Under the pieces are notes generated by a model that was given only the letters and a program-made list of their open reading frames with translations, had not been told where the DNA came from and did no database searches. Source: Antechinus flavipes (taxonomy: Eukaryota). From it: 64,000 nucleotides of DNA. Made by a program: the position numbers and the translations under genes. Location of the stretch: positions 596,998,001-597,062,000 of the forward strand of contig NC_067399.1 in NCBI RefSeq assembly GCF_016432865.1, read 5' to 3'. Within the stretch, counting starts at the first letter, position 1. Each line of letters starts with the position of its first letter. Shown piece by piece: positions 40,645 to 53,892 of this stretch.

Positions 40645-41220
40645 ATATGTGAACATCTATATTTAGGGATACTTTTAAATAAATTATGGTATATGAACAT
40701 AATGGGATAATATTGTTCTATAAGAAATGAGCAGGCTGATTTCAGAAAAGCCTGGAATGACTTACATGAACTAATACTGAGTGAAGTAAGCATAACAAAG
40801 AAAACATGGTACAAGATTATCTGATGATCAACAGTGATAAGACTTGGCTTTTTTCAACAAGATAGTGATTGAAGGCAATTCCAATAGATTTGAGATGGAA
40901 AGTGCCATTCGTATCTAGAAAGAGAACTATGAAAACTGAATGTGTATTAAAGGATAGTATTTCCACATTTTTGTTGCAGGTTGTTTACTTGATTTTTTTT
41001 CTCATGATTTTTACTCTCTTGATCTGATTTTTCTTGCATAGCATGATGAATGTGGAAATATGTTTAGAACTGCACATGTTTAACCTATATTGGATTTCTT
41101 ATTGTCTTGGGGAGAGGAGAGAAAGGGAGAAAAATTTGTAATTTTTATAAAGTTTTTGTAAAAGTAAATGTTGAAAACCATTTTTGCATGTATTTAAACT
41201 ATTAAAAAAAAAAGTAAAAA
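40645..41220 (+). mobile_element. L1 3' end (ORF2 C-terminus, 3'UTR, A tail), older subfamily
   Basis: 'aaattatggtatatgaac...gacttacatgaactaatactgagtgaagtaagc' and tail 'gttgaaaaccatttttgcatg...aaaa'. Confidence 0.8.
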
Positions 41221-44188
41221 ACAACAATAACCACAACAAAATCCATCCTGTAAAGAGTTAAATAAATCAATGTTCCTGGGCCAAGAATCTAGAAGAACTG
41301 AGTTCAAATTCTTCCTCAAAGGACTTACCTGTATAACGTGGGACAAGTCATTTATCCTCTCACCCAACATTTTCTGAAGTGTAAAAGGGGAATAAAAACA
41401 GCTTGTACTTCACAAAGTTGTTGTGAGGATCAAATGAGGTAAAAAATGTAAAATGTTTTACAACCCTTAAAGTGCCATGAAATGTTAATTAGTATTATCA
41501 TTTTAAAAATTCAACCTTAACAGAACTCGACTTTTAAAAAGCCACCCTCAAATCGCAATTTAAAAAAAATTATCCAGTTTCAAATGATTTTTGACATAAA
41601 TGTTAGCTGAAAAACTTCAAGTTTTTAAAGGATAAAATTTTCCAGAACAGTGATTCAGTTAAAAGGAAATAATAAATGAAATTCTGTTTTTTTATCAATT
41701 TTTATTAGATAGTGCTAGTGAATTCTCTAAGCAAAACTTGAAAAAAAAATTAAGTTTATACACTACAGACTATACATTACAACCTCTAACTACATATACT
41801 ATACTACTGTCAGATTGTTATCTTTATTTTGTTTCCATTTATCATAGTGAATTCACACATTAATAAGAATCAATAGCTCTACTACGATCATAATTATAAA
41901 ATTATAAAACGACAAACAAATCATAGCTTGCTAACATGATCTCTTTCCAGGATAGAAAATACCAGATTTATGTTACCACCTCCTAAAACATAGAGGATGA
42001 AAAAGACTAATAAATCAAAGTAGTGCTAATTAAAACCTTGTTTTAATTTTTTTTTTTTTAGCACTGTACTAAAAACATTTTCTGCATTAAAAAGGCTTAA
42101 TATGGTATAGTTCTTATCTGCTGGTCAGCTCCTCTCTCACATTCATGATAGCAGATAAATAATGGATAGCATATGTCCAATAGAGAATGAAGATACAAAC
42201 GCCAAAAAGAAGACATTCCTACTCTCAAGGAGTTTGCATTTTACTTGGGAGACATAACATGCCCACCAATTTAAATATATACACAAAATGGTTTCAAGAA
42301 GGAAAAGATACTAACAATCAGGAAGGTCTATGAAAGGCCTTTTGTGGAAGCCTTTAATGAAGCTAGGGATTCTAGAAAAGATAACTTCAGGAGGACAGAT
42401 TGCATTCCAAACATGGAAGGTGACATGTAAAGGTCTAGAAGTGGCAGGAATTGATGTCACATAGAAGATACTGCTAGAGTAGGATGATCCAATTAATACA
42501 GAGATTGTGAAGAAGAATAGGAAAGACGACTGAAAAAGCAGAAAGGAACTATTATGGAGGTCTTTAAATTCCACGCTTAAGAGAATTTGAGGTTAATAAT
42601 AACATAGCAGTCAGATCTGTGTTTACTGAATACAAGGTACAAAGTAGATTTGAGAGAGTTGCAAGGCGAGGGTACCAAATAGTACACTAATGCTCTGAGA
42701 ATTCAGCCTGCAAGGAACTGAGAAATGAATGAGAGGTGAATAGTGGATGAAAAATTAGACATAGAGGCAGGAAGACCTGGGTTCCAATCCTAATGCAAAT
42801 ACTTACTAGCTGGTAATTTCTAGCTAGTAATATTAGCTGATTTCCTTCATCTCTACCTGCAAATCTTTCTCTGTAAAATGAAAAGGATTCACTGGATAAG
42901 CTCTCAAAGTCCCTTCCAGCTCAAAATCTAAGGCCTTGTAATCCCAAAAGAAAGATTAGTACAAATGATTCCAAAGGTAACAATATGAATTGAACATACC
43001 TGCTTTTGGTATACATCATTAATCTTAAAGGAAAAACCATTGAAAACATGATTTAAGGAAATATTAAATTTTGATTCAAATGAACATGTATGTAAAGGAA
43101 GTCAGTAATCACCTTTTCTCCCTTCCTGATTCCTGACTTCTATCCACAACTTTTTATTACTCTTTTCAGTTGGAAAAATGCATTTGTTAAGCACCTACTA
43201 TATGTAATGTACTAAACCAGGACTGGGAGACATAAGGGGGAAAAATCCCACAATTCTTGCCCTCAAGGAGTTTAGAATAATTACAGTTTAGTAAACTTTC
43301 AAAATACAAGTCAGAATATAAGAGCATGAAATAAGAAGTTTAGAAACCAAGTATTTCCAACTAAGATAATTAGAGAAAGCTTGGGTTTTAAGATTGGACA
43401 GAATTTCAGTAAGCAGAAATTGGACAGAGGAAGAACGTTCTGTATTCTACCAAAATATTCTGGAAATGGGACACTTTAAAAAGGGTTAAGAAAAAAAGCA
43501 GAGATTCAAAAGAATGGAATAAAAAGTAGCCTTACTTACCTGAACTGTATAGTGTATTTGGAGAATTTGGGAGAAATAAGATCGAAATGAAAAAGTTAAG
43601 TTAGAGCAAGACTGAACTGGTTAAGCAAGGAGTTTGGACTTGTTTATACGCAATGGTAATCACTCTGAGTTCTGACATGTAAAGTGACAAACACAATTAC
43701 ATGTTCTTAAGAATAATGATAGCTGATATTTATATAATGCTATAAAGAATGTAGAAGAATGTGGGATAGAGCAGAAGACACTGGAGGCATAGAAACTGGT
43801 TTGAGAACTATTTTAATAGTCCAGGTAGAAAGAATAAGGTCCAGATTTAAGAGGGTTGCAAAAGAACAGAAAAGAGATAATATTGATTCAGAATTCACTC
43901 TAAGGACTGGCTGAATTTGGGGAGAGAAAGAGTCAAAGATAACTCAAGTTCAGAGCATGCATGCCTTGCAGGAAAATGGAATTACAGACAGAGAAATAGA
44001 GAAACATGAACAACAGATGAGGACAAAATTGGAGGATTAGGTTTAAGGATAGATAAATGGATCAAGGGAGTGAATGTTTAGTTTTAGATAAGATGGGACA
44101 TCCAGGTAGGAAAGGGAAATCAGTTTGAAAAAGGTTGATATTGAGATAAAGGTAAAAAGTATAAAGTACTGGATTTGATAGTTTGATA

Positions 44189-44715
44189 GTTGTTGTTGTT
44201 GTCTGTCCTTTGTTCTCAAAAAACATCATGACATCAGAGAAGAGATGCCATGACATGTAAGTGAACTGGATTTAAATGAGAGAAGGTGGGTAAGGCCACC
44301 TGCCTCACTTTCCCCTCCAGAGTCATATAGACTAAGATGCACTGGGAGAACTTTGGCCTTTTAAAGCTAAGGTTTCAACAGGTCTAAGTTTGAATAAGGC
44401 CACCCCAAGCAATAATTTAGGCTAGGTAAGCAACTGAGCCAAAGAGTTTCCTCTTTCATCTAGTCAAAAAAGGAAAAAAAAAAAATCCAAATAAATCTGG
44501 GAGGGGAAAACTCTCATGGTTTCTGGCCAAAGTAGAGATGATTGCTATTTACATTCAATCTGATTCAATCAATATTCAAACAAGGACCAAGTGGGGCTTA
44601 GCATGGGTCCTAGAGTGGCCAATCAATAAAAGTTTTAATTTAAGGTATGGTTTTTAAGAAAGAAATCTAACCATAAATTCCAAGATATCTTGAGAGGATT
44701 CAGAGATCCAAAAGA
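44189..44715 (-). mobile_element. WALLSI4-like retroposon, copy 3 (longest)
   Basis: (TTG)n end + 'gtcctttgttctc...gatgccatgacatg.aagtgaa.tggattt'; homologous to the other two copies. Confidence 0.65.
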
Positions 44716-46299
44716 AAAAAAAAAGCTTTTAAGAGCATCTGTAGGTAAGAGTATGATACCCTATGTGGTCAAAGGGACAGAGGGAGGGAAGGAAGGGGTT
44801 ACTTACCTTGACTGAAAAACAGAATCACATTTTTCTCTCAAATAGGAATGGAGGTTTAAAGGATAGGTAAGAAGACAACTTCATGTTCCCAGAGTCCTTT
44901 GTAGCTTTGAGGTAGAATCTGAACCAGAGTTCAAGCTAAATAGTCTTAATGTGCTAAATAAAATGGGAAGTTAGATCATCTACAGAGAACAGGAGATCAT
45001 GTATGGGGAATGCATTGGTAACTGAGGCAACAACTAAAGGTCAGCAAAGAGGGCCATAGTATAATCAGGTAGTAAACTCATGAGATAAAGAGGTGATCCT
45101 TAGGAGGCACCAGAGCAAGAGAAAAGTAGAGAGAGGAAGACAGCAAATAAAGGGGATCACTTTCTATTTGCCAGTATCTGACACACTAATTCAGCAGTCA
45201 ATTATATCTAATTTGAGTATAATTTTCTGTATACACGGATTCTGCTATTGATCATCTCCAGAATATATTCAATGAAAATGAAAAGTGTGGCCGATAATTG
45301 TTTTTACCTTCTTTGACAAAGAACAGTTGTCTTTCACTTAGACTTATTACCTAACAAGGAAACCCAGAACTATATATGAAATCTGACATTCGAGGGCTGC
45401 TTCTAAATGTTTCCTTCAGTCAACTTTCCTTTACTAGGATAGAACAGAAAAGGGAAAAACACAACACATGCCGGGTCTTTCCTTCCTAGTCTATGCAAAG
45501 TCTGACTTTAATCTCAATCCTCTGATGGTTTTTTCAGGCAAGACATGGCTGCCTGAGTAACTCCATTTTGAAGTATTCACCTGCTTTCCTTTTGAATTCC
45601 CCTATAATACTAATGCTAAAAATATATAATTAGTTTTACTTCTACAACTCCTAAGGTTTTCAAAATTGGCTTTCTGCAGGTAGAAATTATTTCTTTCACA
45701 TTTTTCCAAATTTTTACTCTTTCTAAATCATTAAAATACGTTTTTCAATGTAAGTTAGAAACTACCCAATAGTTTCCTCACCACTACTCTACAGAATTCA
45801 CAAGTCCACATATGACAGATATATGTCCAGCCAGAAAACAACCTAAAAAAAAAAAAAAAAAAGAAAAAGAAAAAAAAAAGACTAAGCATTCCAACAAGAC
45901 TGTCAAAAATTTCCTGTAGCTTCTAATAATGTCAAGGAACTTTCCAAAATGAATTCATATTTGTCCAATTACTTCTTCCTAGAATGAGAGGCAGCATGCT
46001 ATAGTACAAAGAACATGGCATTAAGTATCAAAGGAGATGGGTCTGAAGGATCCCAGTTCAGCCACTTGCTACCTGCATATTCTTGAAAAGGCAATTAAAG
46101 CTTCTGGGGTTCGGATTCTTTATCTGAAAATCGAGGATGTTGGCTCAAGAAGTCCCTGACAGTACTAGATCTATGATCCTAAGGCCTTGTTTTGAATGCT
46201 ACCTACTTGTGACCCTGCAGAAGCCATTAATCCTTACCTAACTTTGGTGGGACTGTCACCTTCTAAAATAAGGTGAGATTAAATGATTTCTAAAGTTCC

Positions 46300-46510
46300 C
46301 CGAGATAGCACAATGGTTAAAGCATTAGGTCTGGAGTCAAACCTTTCTTGAGTTCAAAGGTGACCTCACATACTGGTGGGTATGACTCTGGGGAAGTCAC
46401 TTCACTGTTTGCCTGTTTTTTCTTTAGTAAAAGAGTTGGAGAAGGAAATGGTGAACTACTCTTGTATCTCTGCTAAGAAAAACCCATATGGGGACAGAAA
46501 GAATCCCACA
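46300..46510 (+). mobile_element. MAR1-type SINE
   Basis: 'gagttggagaaggaaatggtgaactactc...gctaagaaaaaccc'. Confidence 0.7.
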
Positions 46511-47407
46511 AGAATAAAAGTTCTCTTTAAGCTTAAAATCTCATGGATCTAAAAGTTAGGGGGAAGGGAGAATGGAATGTGGGGAGCAGAGAACACCTTT
46601 ATTCCTGTTAAAACAGACTATCGAGTCCAAGAAACCTTATATATAGCTAAGGGAGATGAGGGGATATACCTAACTAAAAATCTACGTGCTTCAAAAATGG
46701 AACCACCGAAAAGGATGTTTAAAATCAAGGGCTGGTAAAGCTGAATTCAACTGATGGGAAATTACAAGTAGGGATGTGAAGTTTGGGACTTATTACTGAG
46801 AGGTATGTGGGTGTATGTGGAGACAAATCAATTTCACTGGAACAAGGGAAATGGGGGAGTTAATCCAAGAAATTAACACATAGGTAAAAGACGATGCATT
46901 TTGAAAATGAAGGATTTTATTTGTTGTGATAATGTTCTGAAAATTTGAGGTCAGAATTTTGAACAAAAACCCAAATTTTGAGATAACTTTTAAGGATGCT
47001 AAAAATACAGACATAAGAATAATTTAAGCATAAAACAGCTCTACTTAAGCAAATTCAGAAAAACTTTATTTCTTAAATCTCTACCCTTTGTTCATATAGA
47101 TTAAAAGATAAACATGTGATAATGTACCAGCTAGCACAATGACTATTTTGATATGAAAACAGATAAAAAAAATTTTCTATGATAAAGTACCTAACTTTAT
47201 ATGTATGATTTGGTTTTATTATAGACATGCCATCTATAATCCAGCAAGAACTTTTCCTGAAATGACAGGGAAAGCCTAAATATAAGCTATCTTTATAACA
47301 ATGGTATTTTATGTGGGGGTTTTGGAAAGTTTGAAAGCTTCCATAAATGATACCTGCATCTTCTTGAATTCAATTAAGTTAGGAAAATAATTAAGAGTCA
47401 GTGGACA

Positions 47408-47595
47408 GTATGTATAGGACTGCTTGCCATCTGGGGGAGGGGGTAGAGGGAGAGAGGGGAAAAATCGGAACAGAAGTGAGTGCAAGGGATAATGTTGTAA
47501 AAAATTACCCTGGCATGGGTTCTGTCAATAAAAGGTTATTAAAAAAAAAAAAAAAAGCACTTTGGATTATATCAAAAAAAAAAAAAAAAAAAAAA
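47408..47595 (+). mobile_element. Young 5'-truncated L1 with double poly(A) and 15-bp TSD
   Basis: Perfect TSD aagagtcagtggaca at 47393-47407 and 47596-47610; 3' end nearly identical to the L1 copies at 59749 and 60415. Confidence 0.9.
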
Positions 47596-49379
47596 AAGAG
47601 TCAGTGGACATGAAGAAGCCTTGATCAGTATTCTACTATGTTCCCCTGAGACATAAACTACCTAGTGAGAAGATGATTTATAAACATTAAATAAAATTAA
47701 ATAAAAACATAATGCTGTCTAAAACTAGAGACATGTAACAGAGGGAGTCATTCATTTCTTAAAAACAAATAAAAAAGCCATGTGAGAAAGCTTTTTCTTC
47801 ATTATCCTGCTATGTTGATCCCAAACCAGATTTTAAAAGGTTATTTTAGTATTTTTGTCATTTTCTCTCTTTTTCAAAGCAAAGTCTAATTTCATCTACA
47901 AAACTAAAACTGAAAGGTGACAAAATTTTATAAATCAGTTAGCACTTCCCCATTCTTTGTACTTATCAGCTAAATTCAGATAAATCCAACTCAAATAGGA
48001 AAGAAATTTTAGAAAATTATTTCTTTTAAACTACTGAAATGTATATTGATGCCTAACTGTGGGGACTTACTATAATTAGAAGTAATGATAATTTACCTTT
48101 GTCACTACTTACCCAGCTGCCTTTTCCATAATATGTCACTGGCTCAGTGTTACTAAGTATAACTTCAGGGGAAGAGGTCTGAAATAGTCAAGAATTTTTG
48201 TTTTAATCCACTAGATTTGGAGAATGGGGGAAAAATAGGGACTAGATCTCTAATTTTACTGGCATAGGGAACTTCCAATGAGGATTAGCAACTATTTTAT
48301 AACTTATAGCCATAGAAAGTCATCTTGCAACATTGAGAAGTTAATCACACATTCTAATGTGTGTCAGAGGCAAAATGTGAACCCAGTCAAGTGTTTTTTC
48401 CTGACTGCAAAACTATCATATTGCCTCTTATTCTATAATTGTGTTGAATAATTTAATGGAAGATATCTAACAAACTTATGATATAATTATCTTCACTATC
48501 AATAAAGACGAAAGTTTATACTTGAAAAACACCATTCTCTTTATGAGTGAGTGGGTCTTTTTTTTTATGGAATAGGTAACTGGAGAACAATATATATAAT
48601 TGCTTCTGACATGTACAATGACTAGATCTGTGATCGTTCCTCACCAGGCTGTATTCTGTACTTCACAAATGCTTCAGAAATCTCTTCATACTTCAGTCCT
48701 GAAATTCACATTTGTCACCCATTCAATCCCTTCCATTGATTGGGATGCTCCTTCTAGGGCCTCCATTTGGGGATGGAGCCCAGGCCAACCACCATTTTAT
48801 TTCTCTTCAGGTTGTTTGAATTTCTTCATTTTGTGTTATCTGCTTTCATTATAAGGTAAATTCCTTGAAGATGAGAAGTATTTTTCTGCTAGTAATGTGA
48901 TTTACAGGTTTATCTCTAGTAACTAAGTCAGTCAGTGAGTCAGTGAATAATCATTGAACTGCTAGATGAAGGTTGGCCATTGGTGATACTAAAGTAACAA
49001 CAATGCAGTGATCCTCAAGTTGGTGATCACTTCCTCCCCCCCCAATAACTCAAATTCTAGCAATAGTGCCTTTTACATTCTGTACAATGATTGATTTATA
49101 ATACTGCAGAGAATGTGTGGTCTAAGTCTTCTTATCCTCACAAAGGAGGCATGGCAGGCTTGTAAAAGCTTAACTTACCCAGAGTCACACAAAGAGAAGA
49201 GTGAGAACTGGAACAATTATCTCTAGAGAAGAATAGGTAAAGCAAGAAGGGTGATTAAAGTGCAAATGATCAAGTGATGTAAAAGGTACCAGAGAGGCAT
49301 AAAAGGAAGTGTGTCTCAAGCTTTTAGTCATAACGCATTAAATACCCAGTTGTCATTTTTGCTGCCCCTCTCCCCCATA

Positions 49380-49610
49380 TTGTTTCAGTCATAGTGAATT
49401 CTGTGTGACTCCATGGGACCTCTGTCCATGGGGTTTTCTTGGCAAAGATGTTGGAGAAGTTTGCCATTTTCTTCCTCAATGTCGGAAGTCAAGTGACTTG
49501 CCCGAGGTCACACAGCTATGAAGTTTCTGAGACTGCACTGGAACTCAGGTCTTCCAGATTCCAAATCCAGTGCTCTAGCCATCAAACTACCCAGCTGTCC
49601 CAGTTAGCTA
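49380..49610 (-). mobile_element. MAR1-type SINE
   Basis: 'ggggttttcttggcaaagatgttggagaagtttgccatt...gtgacttgcccgaggtcacacagct'. Confidence 0.75.
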
Positions 49611-50847
49611 TTATTCCTAAAGTTCTTTTCTTATCCCTCATTCTCGCAAAAAGCTCACCCCAAATGCTACTGACAGAAACCTATTGCCAAGGACAGGCCC
49701 AGCAATATATTTGGGGAGCATCTTTGCTAAGCAAAGAGATGAAATTTGTGCCCAAAGCAATTATCTAAGACTATCTACTAACTCCTACCTGACTACTAAT
49801 CTTCTTCAAAGAAGAAGCCCACCAGATCCTAGTCTGACTTACCTATCTAAACTAGCACCAATTGCTCTAAGTGGCAGAGTCAGAGATTGGCCAAGAAGGC
49901 AATTGCATACTGGTATTTGGTATCTGTTCTGTTTTTCCTATTCAGTGCCTTCCTTCCCCTCCTTTGCCAGTAAGTTTAACAGAAGACAGTTTACTAGAGT
50001 GTTCAGAATACCACTGAAATTGTTTGGATTCATGAAACTCAAGTTTCCTGACCATCCCCAACATTACATTTTTATGGTAACCATGAGACTTTACCTTTAC
50101 CAGACCTTTACAAGAGACTGAGTAGTCTCTTGTAAAATGGGAATAATGGTATTCCTGGGACTACTTCATCAGTGGGTTATGAGGATCAAATAATAAAAGG
50201 CAGGTACCTTAAAGTATTCTATGTTTGCTTATTATCATTTCTTGTGACATCAAAGGTCTGAATGCTTAAACTCTATCAAGATCTAAATCTTAAATAGATA
50301 ATTATTTAAGAATGATCACTTTTAAAGTAAATTATCTCAGTATCTTTATAATAACTTTTGACTATAGTTATGCAACAATACTGGTTATCCATACAGGGTT
50401 CTTTAGAGTATCCTGTGATTCAATTTTCTTAGCTATAAAATAGACTGACCTCTATGGTCCGTTTTGACCCTAAATCTCTGATATTAATATGTAAGTGTGA
50501 AATATCATAGCAAGAATGATGTTCTTTTTCCTCTAGGTACAACTCCACATTCTTATGTGACACGCTTTCTATTAAAACTCTTAAGACCCAAATAAATTAA
50601 GTGTTCCAAAAAAGAATGTAAATTCCTTGATGACATGGACTGGTACAGTTGAGTTTTTTTTTTTGTTTGTTGTTTGTTTTTTAGCATCCCAGAAAACTAG
50701 AATGGTACAGTGCTGTAATTGCTTATGTAATTAAACTGAAATCCTGACAATAACCTGAGGCAATGTCACATTATCAGGAAATACAAATCAGGATTCAAAC
50801 TTAGATCTTCCTGATCTGAGAGCTTAGTTAGTGAACCATGCTGCTCC

Positions 50848-50849
<2 letters not shown>

Positions 50850-50894
<45 letters not shown>
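50850..50894. repeat. (CA)22 microsatellite
   Basis: Read directly. Confidence 0.95.
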
Positions 50895-50896
<2 letters not shown>

Positions 50897-51999
50897 TAGC
50901 TAATGCAAAAAATTTGGCTCAAAAATACTAAATAATGGGTTTATACAACATAAACTACATCATATTATGAAAATTATGGTGGCAAAAGCATTTCCTATAA
51001 CTGAGGGTGAGTCCTTTTTTTCTGAAATGCTAAAATAAGAAGAAAAGAAAGGTGTTTAGCAATTGTCAAGAAGTGCTAATACAAGTTAACTAAATAGCAA
51101 TTATATGAGCTGAAGAGCACTGAGGAGAGTGGACAGCCTGCATTTAACTTCACCAATAATGACAAAAGCAAGTAGAACCATTTCCAATTTTATGTGCATC
51201 TCTCCTAAGGAGAGCAATTTTGTAAAGATACCAGTGTTAAAAGATTGGCTTTGAGTACTCTTACACACTGACAGGCTTTTTAGCCTTTACTTGAACTGAC
51301 TGTGAAGCTATAGTTTAATTTAGAAAAAATGAATTTTTGAATATTGATTTTTATCCCTTTCTAAATTGACATCAATTTATACAGTGGTTGGGAAGATGAT
51401 GCATTTTAATACCAGCGCTGTATGACTCAGTTTTATTTTTCATGTCAAGATTGGTTTACAAAAAACCCAAAAAGTCACCAGAGTAAGATTAAAAAAAAAA
51501 ATTCTAAATTGGCCAAACCTGGATTTCAATTTTGAGTGTCCCTTTAACAATTAATTTTCCACAAAAGATATTAATATCATTTTCTAATTTCTGTGGTCAG
51601 GTGGATAGGCAAAGAAGAGAGTGACAAAATACATAATTTTGAGTAACTGACACACAGAATGTAATGTGAGAACAAACTTAAAAACAAAAAACCTCTTAAA
51701 GGCAGACAATTATCCTTTTCTCTCAAAGAACAGAATATAAATTCTTTAGCTCACCAGCTTTTTAATAACATCATAATTTAAAAACTGTTTGATGAGTGTT
51801 GCACAAATCTGATATAATCTATAATGCAGGGGTACACTCTACACTAGACCAACAGAATCATACATAGGTCTAATGTAGGTGGCACCTTGTCTGAAACAGT
51901 TTTAGAACACTGCCCACAGTACTGCACAAGCCACAACTGAGGGCCTTGCCTCAAGTAACAGAGGCAGTCAGACAAACCAGTCAACAAGACTATATTGAG

Positions 52000-52800
52000 A
52001 ATTACCATATGACAGAGATTGTGCTAAGTATTGCAGATTACCACCCTCCCAAAAAAGCCTCAAGAAGCTCACATTTTAATAGGAAAGACAGAATATATAT
52101 AACATAAATCCAGAATAGATGGGAGGTGACCTGAATGGAGAAGGATTAGCAATCAGGATATTGGGAAAGGGGTACAGAGTACAGAAATAGGACATGAACA
52201 ATGCAATGAAGCAGATAGAAGGAGAAAAAGCATTCTTACTATAAGGTGGCACTTAATGTGATAGCATAGAAATGGAAGATGGAGCATCAAATGTGAATAA
52301 CAGCAGGTAAGGTCAATACTACTGGAGCTACAGAGAAAAATGGAAAATATAAAGAGGAATAAGTTTATAAACATCATTAAATATCAAATAGAGGACTTTC
52401 TATTTGATCCAGGAGATATGGTAGTAGGAAGGTGACAAAGACAGATATACACTCAAGAAAAAATTGTTTACTGGAGAATGGATTGGAATGGAAAAGATAT
52501 GCAGACAGATCAATTAGAAAGGTACTGCAATAATCTGGTGATCACTACCTGCACTAGGATGGTAATTGTGTGAGTGAAGAGAAGACGACACATACAAGAG
52601 ACATAAAGGTAGAAGTGATAAGACTATTCAGTAGACCAGACATATGGAGTCAGAGAAAGTGAAGAGTTTGTAAACTGGGTAGGAAGATATTGATGGCCTC
52701 GGAATTAACAGAGAAGTTGTAAAGAAACAAAAAATTTCCTGGGAAAAGAAAATGAGCTCTGCATTAGACATGCTGAGTTTCAGATAATCATAACAGTTTA
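52000..52800 (-). mobile_element. L2 fragment
   Basis: Purine-rich antisense L2 features ('gaggactttctatttgatcc', 'gagctctgcattagacatgctgagttt'); boundaries approximate. Confidence 0.55.
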
Positions 52801-53553
52801 ACATTTACATTTATATAGTGTTTTCTATGTACTAAGTTTTTTACGATTATTACCTCATTTAATCTTCACAACAACTCTGGACATAATTGCTATAATTATC
52901 CCTATGTTACAGACAAGGAAACTGAGGCAAATAGAAGCTATGCAGTGATTTGTCTATGATCACAAGCTAGTAAATGCTGAGACAGGAGTAGCACTTAGAT
53001 CTTTCTTATTCCTAGCCTTGGTGCTTTATTCACTACACCACCAAGTTACCCTAGATACCTACAGGATGTCAAGACATTTAAAAAGCAATTAATGATATGT
53101 GTGACTATACCTTAGGAGAAAAGTTTTGAGTTGGGTGGAACAGAAACACACAAATACACAGAGGGATATCTGCAAAAACATAGATGATAACTGAATCTAT
53201 GGGAGCTGATAAAACCACAAAGTAATACAGTATAAAGCAAAAAGAGAAGAGAGCCCACACAGAGCCTTGAAGATAGAGAAAACAGATACCTGAATCAGCA
53301 GAGAACAGGGTCATTAAAGTCTAAAAGGATTGAATATTAGGAAGAAGGATGATCAATAGAGTCAAATACTACAGAGAATGTAGGAAAAAGGGGCAGAAGA
53401 GTCTTGAACTCAGGTCCTTCCTAGCTTAAAAGACAGTTTATCTACTATACTAAGTTGCCTCTCTCTGTAACCTATAATAAAATAGATACGATGGTGACAA
53501 TTTTTAGGATAATGTCCATACTATGACAAGCAATTTTAGAAATTCAATGCTTG

Positions 53554-53627
53554 TTTTTGCATAAAATATGCATATTTTGTAAAAAATAAAAATTTAAATA
53601 AATTTTAAAAATTTTTTGAAAAAAAAA
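53554..53627 (+). mobile_element. 74-bp L1-tail micro-insertion with 16-bp TSD
   Basis: Perfect TSD agaaattcaatgcttg at 53538-53553 and 53628-53643; A-rich end. Confidence 0.75.
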
Positions 53628-53651
53628 AGAAATTCAATGCTTGCAATAAAT

Positions 53652-53653
<2 letters not shown>

Positions 53654-53688
<35 letters not shown>
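53654..53688. repeat. (AC)17 microsatellite
   Basis: Read directly. Confidence 0.9.
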
Positions 53689-53691
<3 letters not shown>

Positions 53692-53824
53692 GTGTTAAAT
53701 ATAGAATTTCTCTGAATTCGGGTGACGTGGCTAAAATGAATTCCTTTTTGAATGGAAAAAAGTATATAAGAATGCTTTTTTTGGGGAGAAAGGGTTCCAG
53801 ACTTGTGATATTTTTGATATAGGA

Positions 53825-53892
53825 ATACAGATGGGCAAGTGTTTTGTAATTTCCAGCTATACAGATGGGCAAGTGTTTTGTAATTTCCAGCT
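53825..53892. repeat. Perfect 34-bp tandem duplication
   Basis: atacagatgggcaagtgttttgtaatttccagct x2. Confidence 0.95.

Noticed and set aside
42803-42830. 9-bp hairpin TTACTAGCT...AGCTAGTAA
   Set aside because: Short local duplication-inversion within a MIR relic; no evidence of function
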